From Nitrospinaceae bacterium (GTDB taxonomy: Bacteria; Nitrospinota; Nitrospinia; Nitrospinales; VA-1), in contig JBHHVU010000002.1 in the NCBI GenBank assembly GCA_046754465.1, forward strand, positions 59,614-123,613: DNA of 64,000 nucleotides, given 5' to 3'. Within the stretch, counting starts at the first letter, position 1, and the number at the start of each line of letters is the position of its first letter. The translations under genes were made by a program, and so were the position numbers. This document shows, piece after piece, positions 58,470-64,000 of this stretch. The notes under the pieces are model-generated. The model was given only the letters and a program-made list of their open reading frames with translations. It made no database searches and had not been told where the DNA came from.

Positions 58470-61301
58470 TCATCGTTTCAGATATTCTTTAAGATATTTC
58501 CCGGTGTAGGAACTTTTATTTTTGGAAACGGTCTCGGGGGGTCCCTCCGCGAGAACCCGTCCCCCGCCGTCTCCGCCTTCCGGACCCAGGTCAATGACGT
58601 AGTCCGCCGTTTTGATGACCTCCATATTGTGTTCGATGATGACCACGGAATTGCCGGCCTCCACCAATTTGGAGAGCACACGCAACAAGTGTTCGATGTC
58701 GGCGAAGTGGAGCCCCGTGGTGGGTTCGTCCAGGATGTAGAGGGTCCGCCCGGTGCCCCGTTTGCTCAATTCCTTGGACAGTTTGACCCGCTGGGCCTCC
58801 CCGCCCGAAAGGGTGGTGGCCGGTTGCCCCAGGTGAATATAATCGAGCCCCACCTCGGCGATGGTCTGGAGTTTGGATCGGAGGGACGGGATATTCTTGA
58901 AAAACTGCTTGGCTTCTTCGACAGTCATTTCCAGGACCTCGGCGATGTTTTTTCCCTTGTAAAGCACTTCCAGGGTCTCCCGGTTGAAGCGCTTTCCGTG
59001 GCAGACCTCGCAGGTGACGAACACGTCGGGAAGGAAATGCATTTCGACTTTCAGGACCCCGTCTCCCTGGCAGGCTTCGCACCGTCCTCCCTTGACATTG
59101 AAACTGAACCTTCCCGGTTTATATCCACGCACCCTCGCGTCCGGAACCTGGCTGAAAAGCTCGCGGATGAGGGTGAAGACTCCGGTGTAGGTGGCGGGAT
59201 TGGACCGGGGGGTCCGCCCGATCGGCGACTGGTCGATATCGATGACCTTGTCCAGAAAATGGAATCCCGTGATTTTTTTAAACCGGCCCGGTTTGGCCGT
59301 CGATTTCCAGAAATGCTGGGCCAGGGCCTTGTACAGGATTTCGATGACCAGGGTGCTCTTTCCCGATCCAGAGACGCCCGTCACGCAAACCAGGGTTCCC
59401 AGCGGAATCTGGACGTCGATGTTTTGCAGGTTGTTTTGCCGCGCCCCGATGATCTGGAGGGCCTGCCCATTGCCGGGACGCCGCTTCTGGGGGACCGGGA
59501 TTTTTTTTCTTCCGGACAGGTATTGGCCGGTGAGGGATTTCCTGTCTTTCAAAAGGTTTTTTGGAGAGCCGGAAAAGATCACCTTTCCCCCATGCAACCC
59601 GGCTCCGGGTCCCAAGTCGACCACGTAATCGGATGCGAGGATCGTCTGTTCATCGTGCTCGACCACGATGACGGTGTTTCCCAGGTCGCGGAGACGGATC
59701 AGGGTTTTCAGCAGACGGTCGTTGTCGCGCTGGTGCAGACCGATGCTCGGTTCGTCCAGCACGTAGAGCACCCCCGTGAGGCTGGAACCGATCTGGGTCG
59801 CGAGACGGATGCGCTGGCTTTCGCCCCCGGATAGGGTCGCGGAGGAGCGGTTTAGCGTCAAGTAGTCCAAGCCAACATTGGTCAGGAAGCCGAGCCGTTC
59901 CCGGATTTCCTTGACGATTCTGCGGCCGATGGATTGTTCCTGCGGGCTCAGTTTCAGGGCCTCGAAAAAACGGGCCAGCCCGCCGATGGATAAATCCGTC
60001 AGTTCCACAATATTTTTGTGGCTCACCTGTACCGAGACCGCTTCCTTTTTTAGCCGGGCTCCCTTGCACAAGCTGCAGGGCAGGGGACGCATGTATTTGG
60101 CGATGTCCTCGCGGGTGGATACGGAATCGGTCTCGTGGTAGCGGCGTTCCAGGTCGGGGACGATCCCGGAAAAGGTCCCGGTATAAAAGTGGCGGCGGTT
60201 GTCTTTTTCATAAAAGTACTGGATCGGTTTGTCCCCCGATCCGTAGAGAAGGACCTCCCGTATTTTTTTGGGGAGGGACTTGAATGGCGTGGTGAGACTG
60301 AATTTGAAGTGGGAGGACAGGGTTTCGAGCATCTGATGGAAATAAACGGTATTGCGTTTGGCCCAGGGCGCCAGGGCGCCTTCCCGGATGGACAGGGAAG
60401 GGTCGGGCACGACCAGGTCGGGGTCGATCACCATTTTATTTCCCAGTCCGTCGCAGACTGGGCAGGCCCCCTGGGGATTGTTGAAGGAAAACAGCCGGGG
60501 TTCCAGTTCCGGATAACTGATGCCACAATAACTGCAGGCGAATTTTTCGCTGAAAAGGAGTTCCTCCCCGGCCCCGTTTTCACCGAGTATGGAAACGACG
60601 CAGGTTCCCTCGCCGTGGTTCAATGCCATCTCCACCGAATCGGCCAACCGTTTTTCCATTCGCTCCTTGATCACCAGGCGGTCCACCACGGTATCGATGG
60701 TGTGTTTGAATTTTTTGTCCAATACGATCTCGTCATCCAGGGAAACCACGTCCCCATCCACCCGGACGCGCACGAATCCCTTTTTCCGGAGGTCTGTGAT
60801 CTCCTTTTTGAATTCCCCCTTCCTGCCATGGACGACGGGGGCCAGGATCATTACCTTTTTCCCCATGGGAATCCGCCGGACCTGATCCACGATTTGCTGG
60901 ACTGTTTGCGAGGCGATCTGGCGTCCGCAGGAATAACAAAAGACCCGTCCCACCCGGGCGAACAGGAGGCGCAGGTAGTCATAAATTTCCGTGACCGTCC
61001 CGACCGTGGAACGGGGATTTCGGCTCGAGGTCTTCTGCTCGATCGAGATGGCCGGGGAAAGACCCTCGATGTAATCCACATCCGGTTTTTCCATCAGTTC
61101 CAGAAACTGGCGGGCGTAGGCGGAAAGGGATTCCACGTACCGGCGCTGGCCCTCGGCGTAAATCGTGTCGAAGGCCAGGGAGGATTTTCCCGATCCGCTC
61201 AATCCCGTGATCACGACCAGTTTGTTGCGGGGGAGGGAAAGGTGGAGGTTTTGCAGGTTGTGCTCCCGGGCTCCCTTGATTATCAGATTTTGCGGTTCCA
61301 T
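58470..61301 (-). CDS. uvrA: Excinuclease ABC subunit A
   Basis: 943 aa with duplicated ABC ATPase cassettes ([14 protein letters not shown] and [11 protein letters not shown]). Zinc-finger Cys clusters. Confidence 0.95.
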   Translation of the reverse strand: MEPQNLIIKGAREHNLQNLHLSLPRNKLVVITGLSGSGKSSLAFDTIYAEGQRRYVESLSAYARQFLELMEKPDVDYIEGLSPAISIEQKTSSRNPRSTVGTVTEIYDYLRLLFARVGRVFCYSCGRQIASQTVQQIVDQVRRIPMGKKVMILAPVVHGRKGEFKKEITDLRKKGFVRVRVDGDVVSLDDEIVLDKKFKHTIDTVVDRLVIKERMEKRLADSVEMALNHGEGTCVVSILGENGAGEELLFSEKFACSYCGISYPELEPRLFSFNNPQGACPVCDGLGNKMVIDPDLVVPDPSLSIREGALAPWAKRNTVYFHQMLETLSSHFKFSLTTPFKSLPKKIREVLLYGSGDKPIQYFYEKDNRRHFYTGTFSGIVPDLERRYHETDSVSTREDIAKYMRPLPCSLCKGARLKKEAVSVQVSHKNIVELTDLSIGGLARFFEALKLSPQEQSIGRRIVKEIRERLGFLTNVGLDYLTLNRSSATLSGGESQRIRLATQIGSSLTGVLYVLDEPSIGLHQRDNDRLLKTLIRLRDLGNTVIVVEHDEQTILASDYVVDLGPGAGLHGGKVIFSGSPKNLLKDRKSLTGQYLSGRKKIPVPQKRRPGNGQALQIIGARQNNLQNIDVQIPLGTLVCVTGVSGSGKSTLVIEILYKALAQHFWKSTAKPGRFKKITGFHFLDKVIDIDQSPIGRTPRSNPATYTGVFTLIRELFSQVPDARVRGYKPGRFSFNVKGGRCEACQGDGVLKVEMHFLPDVFVTCEVCHGKRFNRETLEVLYKGKNIAEVLEMTVEEAKQFFKNIPSLRSKLQTIAEVGLDYIHLGQPATTLSGGEAQRVKLSKELSKRGTGRTLYILDEPTTGLHFADIEHLLRVLSKLVEAGNSVVIIEHNMEVIKTADYVIDLGPEGGDGGGRVLAEGPPETVSKNKSSYTGKYLKEYLKR

Positions 61302-61364
61302 GTGAAAAAATAGGGTAGAGAATTTCGGTGATCGCGGGCTAGCTTGAAAAACCCATGTGCCCGT

Positions 61365-63206
61365 TCAAATTTTAGGGATTCCGCGCGGAAACATCCTGTC
61401 CCATTTTTCGTTCACGCGGTTTTTAATTTCCTCGGACATGATGATTTCGTCCGGCCAGTTTTGCCCGTAGCCCTCTTCCGGCATTTTGCGGCTGACATCG
61501 ATTCCCAGACGGCCGTCCACAAAATGAAAATCCCTCTTGGGATCGAGATTGTTGAAAAATTTCCACAGGACCGTGGAATAATTATCCAGGTCCACATGGC
61601 CTTCGAGAACGATGACGATGGACACCCCCGAAAACTCCGGATCTTTCAGAAAGGTGGAGAGGAATTCCCGGGCCTGGTGGGGCCGGGTTTTTTCCAGGGT
61701 GATGAACATGACCCGGTGCCGATCCTCACGGTCCAGGACACGGCAGCGGGTCACCGCGTCGAATTTTCTGACAGCCGATTCTGGATCGGGAAGGGCTCCC
61801 CCGTTTTCCGCCGGGGGCGGCGCTTCCCCATAACCCGGTTCCCCTTCGATTGGGGCCGTCGCGTCTATGCCCAGCTTCGACCCATGCAAACGCCTGTCCG
61901 ACGCATGATTGAGCACATCCAGGATGCCTTCGGAAAAGAAAAGGTCCCTTTGAAAATCGACCCGGTTCAAAAGAACATCCAGCACCTGGCGGATGTCGTG
62001 GACGTCCACCCCTCCGTCGACCACGAGGATGGTTTTGACGAAGCTCATCTGGCCCATGCCCCAAAGCGCGCTCATCAACCGCCTCCCCTGCATGGGAAAC
62101 CTTTTGTTCATGGAAATGATGACCGAGTTGTGGAACACCCCTTCCAGCGGCATATTCATGTCCACGATTTCCGGAAGCTGGGTGCGCATGAGCGGCAGAA
62201 AAATCCGCTCGGTGGCTTTGCCCAGATAGAAATCCTCCTGCGGCGGAATGCCCACGATCGTGGTCAGGTAAACGGGGTTTTTCCGGTGGGTGACGGCGGT
62301 GACCTGGAATACCGGGTACTCCCCGTCCTGGGAATAGTAGCCCGTGTGGTCGCCGAAGGGACCTTCCACGCGCAGCCGGGCCGGATCGATGAATCCTTCC
62401 AGAACGATCTCGGCGCTGGCGGGGACTTCCAGGCCGACGGTTTTGCATTTGACCAGCGGCACCGCCGCTTTGCGGATGAACCCGGCCAGGAGGAATTCAT
62501 CCACGCCGTAGGGCAGCGGGGCGGAGGCGGCATAACACACCGCGGGGTCCGCCCCAATGGCCACCGCCACTTCCATGATTTGATTTTTCCGCCGGTAGTC
62601 GTGGAAAAAATGCGCCCCGTCCTTATGGATATGCCAGTGCATGGCGGTGGTTTCCCTGTCGAACACCTGCATCCGGTAAAGCCCGACATTCCGTAATTTC
62701 CCGTCGGCGCTGCGGTTGATGACAATGGGAAAAGTGATGAACCGTCCCGCGTCCTCTGGCCAACATTGGAGGATGGGCAATTTCCCCAGGTCCACCGCGT
62801 TTCCCAAATGCACCACTTCCTGACAGGGGGCCTGGCGGGAAGGCACGATTTTCGGTGGAATATGCGCCGCCTCAAAAAGCAGGGGAAGCATCTTGACCTT
62901 GTCCATCAAAGAGACCGGCGGCGCCAGTTTCAGGAACCGGTCAATATCCCGGGCGATCTCTTCGATGTCGCCGGCCCCCAGCGCCAGATTCATCCGGCGC
63001 GTGCTTCCAAATGCGTTGATGAGGACCGGAATGGCGCTGCCCTCGACGTTTTCGAAAAGGAGCGCCTTGCCGCCCGATCCACTTTTGGAAACCTGGTCGG
63101 TGATCTCCGAAATTTCCAGGATGGGGGAAACCGGTTCTCTAATACGGATCAGCTCGCCTTCACGGTCTAGCCGGTCAATGAATTCTCTCAGGGAGTAGTA
63201 ATTCAT
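61365..63206 (-). CDS. UbiD-family (prFMN-dependent) decarboxylase
   Basis: The N-terminal LREFIDRLDREGELIRIREPV is the hallmark UbiD start. 613 aa, longer than the ~490-aa canonical UbiD. Confidence 0.8.
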   Translation of the reverse strand: MNYYSLREFIDRLDREGELIRIREPVSPILEISEITDQVSKSGSGGKALLFENVEGSAIPVLINAFGSTRRMNLALGAGDIEEIARDIDRFLKLAPPVSLMDKVKMLPLLFEAAHIPPKIVPSRQAPCQEVVHLGNAVDLGKLPILQCWPEDAGRFITFPIVINRSADGKLRNVGLYRMQVFDRETTAMHWHIHKDGAHFFHDYRRKNQIMEVAVAIGADPAVCYAASAPLPYGVDEFLLAGFIRKAAVPLVKCKTVGLEVPASAEIVLEGFIDPARLRVEGPFGDHTGYYSQDGEYPVFQVTAVTHRKNPVYLTTIVGIPPQEDFYLGKATERIFLPLMRTQLPEIVDMNMPLEGVFHNSVIISMNKRFPMQGRRLMSALWGMGQMSFVKTILVVDGGVDVHDIRQVLDVLLNRVDFQRDLFFSEGILDVLNHASDRRLHGSKLGIDATAPIEGEPGYGEAPPPAENGGALPDPESAVRKFDAVTRCRVLDREDRHRVMFITLEKTRPHQAREFLSTFLKDPEFSGVSIVIVLEGHVDLDNYSTVLWKFFNNLDPKRDFHFVDGRLGIDVSRKMPEEGYGQNWPDEIIMSEEIKNRVNEKWDRMFPRGIPKI

Positions 63207-63359
63207 GCGGAACGAAAATTCAGGAATCCTTTTTGAGTTGAGAGGAGATTTAAAAGTTCCGGGAATTGGAATCGGGAATGATTATATCCTACGCGGGGGA
63301 ATTTGGGCAACCGCCGCGCCGGATTGCCGGTACGGGCGGGGGTGTGGTAGGATACCGCC

Positions 63360-64000
63360 ATGTTGGTCTATTTTTTCAAACGGATCCTGCATGGTATCCC
63401 GGTATTGATCGTGGTGGCCACGCTCACCTTTGGCATCATGCATCTGGTCCCAGGCGGGCCTTTCGACACGGAAAAAAAACTGCCTCCGGAAATCATGGCC
63501 AATATCGAGGCCAAGTACCATTTGGACCAACCCCTGGTCACACAATATCTGCTTTATATGAAACAGGTGATGCAGGGGGACCTGGGGCCTTCTTACAAAT
63601 ACATCGGCCGGGACGTTTCCACGATCATCCTCGACACCTTTCCGGTGTCTCTCACCCTGGGTCTTTGCGCGGTGGCGGTGGTGATCGGACTGGGGGTGCC
63701 GGCGGGCATTCTTTCGGCATACCGGAAGAATTCGGTTTGGGACCGGACCTGTGTTTTCGTGGCGACCCTGGGGATTTCGGTTCCCAGTTTCGTACTGGGG
63801 ACCATCTTGGTCTGGGGAATTTCCCATAAGCTGCACCTGCTGCCGCCGGCATTGTGGGAGAGCCCGCGCCATGTGTTGATGCCCGCGTTCGCCCTGGGGG
63901 CAGGGTTCGCCGGTTACATCGCGCGGCTCACCCGGTCCACCATGTTGGATGTCCTGGAGTCCAATTACATCCGCACTGCCAGGGCCAAGGGATTATCCGA
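63360..64000 (+). CDS. ABC transporter permease, DppB/OppB-type (truncated at window end)
   Basis: N-terminal MLVYFFKRILHGIPVLIVVATLTFGIMHLVPGGPFD typical of binding-protein-dependent transport inner-membrane components. The ORF runs off the window. Confidence 0.8.
   Translation, partial: MLVYFFKRILHGIPVLIVVATLTFGIMHLVPGGPFDTEKKLPPEIMANIEAKYHLDQPLVTQYLLYMKQVMQGDLGPSYKYIGRDVSTIILDTFPVSLTLGLCAVAVVIGLGVPAGILSAYRKNSVWDRTCVFVATLGISVPSFVLGTILVWGISHKLHLLPPALWESPRHVLMPAFALGAGFAGYIARLTRSTMLDVLESNYIRTARAKGLS

Overview
This is a 64-kb window of a high-GC (about 58-60%) bacterial chromosome. It is densely coding, with roughly 60 genes and short intergenic spacers, and has the character of a core genome rather than a mobile island. 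I found no tRNA or rRNA genes, no CRISPR array, no transposase, integrase or phage structural genes, and no obvious defence-island genes.

Recognisable content, in order along the window:
- an AmiC-like cell-wall amidase, the ribosome-assembly GTPase gene der, an EF-G paralog and an overlapping IHF/HU + MerR pair;
- a CoA-disulfide-reductase/rhodanese gene that is visibly degraded, immediately followed by tag;
- a peroxiredoxin, an aldehyde dehydrogenase, an NtrY-type sensor kinase with a DUF4390-like partner, and mutS;
- the HIT / ybeY / phoH(ybeZ) / folE / queD / fmdB string, then ndk;
- a four-subunit 2-oxoacid:ferredoxin oxidoreductase operon (alpha-beta-gamma-delta) and sucCD;
- a fliD-fliS pair driven by a textbook sigma-28 promoter;
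- a MoxR AAA+ ATPase cluster, a holB-PSP1(ricT)-metG-tatD block, a ferredoxin and a complete F1Fo ATP synthase operon (atpI-like, B, E, F, H, A, G, D, C);
- uvrA, a UbiD-family decarboxylase and a truncated ABC permease at the window end.

The regions most worth follow-up are:
1. a minus-strand cluster of an SPFH protein, a 1111-aa transmembrane/coiled-coil protein, a translationally coupled HExxH+TPR protein and MoxR, with no vWA/DUF58 partner (36.9-43.8 kb);
2. an 801-aa protein fused to the end of der that combines an unknown N-terminal domain, an MBL-fold hydrolase and two cNMP-binding domains;
3. the CoADR-rhodanese gene broken by two +1 frameshifts and an internal deletion;
4. a TatD hydrolase fused to a radical-SAM domain;
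5. an NtrY kinase with no NtrX response regulator nearby;
6. a 1.7-kb block of small uncharacterised genes sitting between the 2-oxoacid oxidoreductase and succinyl-CoA synthetase operons.

The gene content (ferredoxin-dependent oxidoreductase next to succinyl-CoA synthetase, flagella, NtrY) fits a Gram-negative, possibly autotrophic or anaerobe-capable lineage, but the taxon cannot be assigned from this sequence alone.
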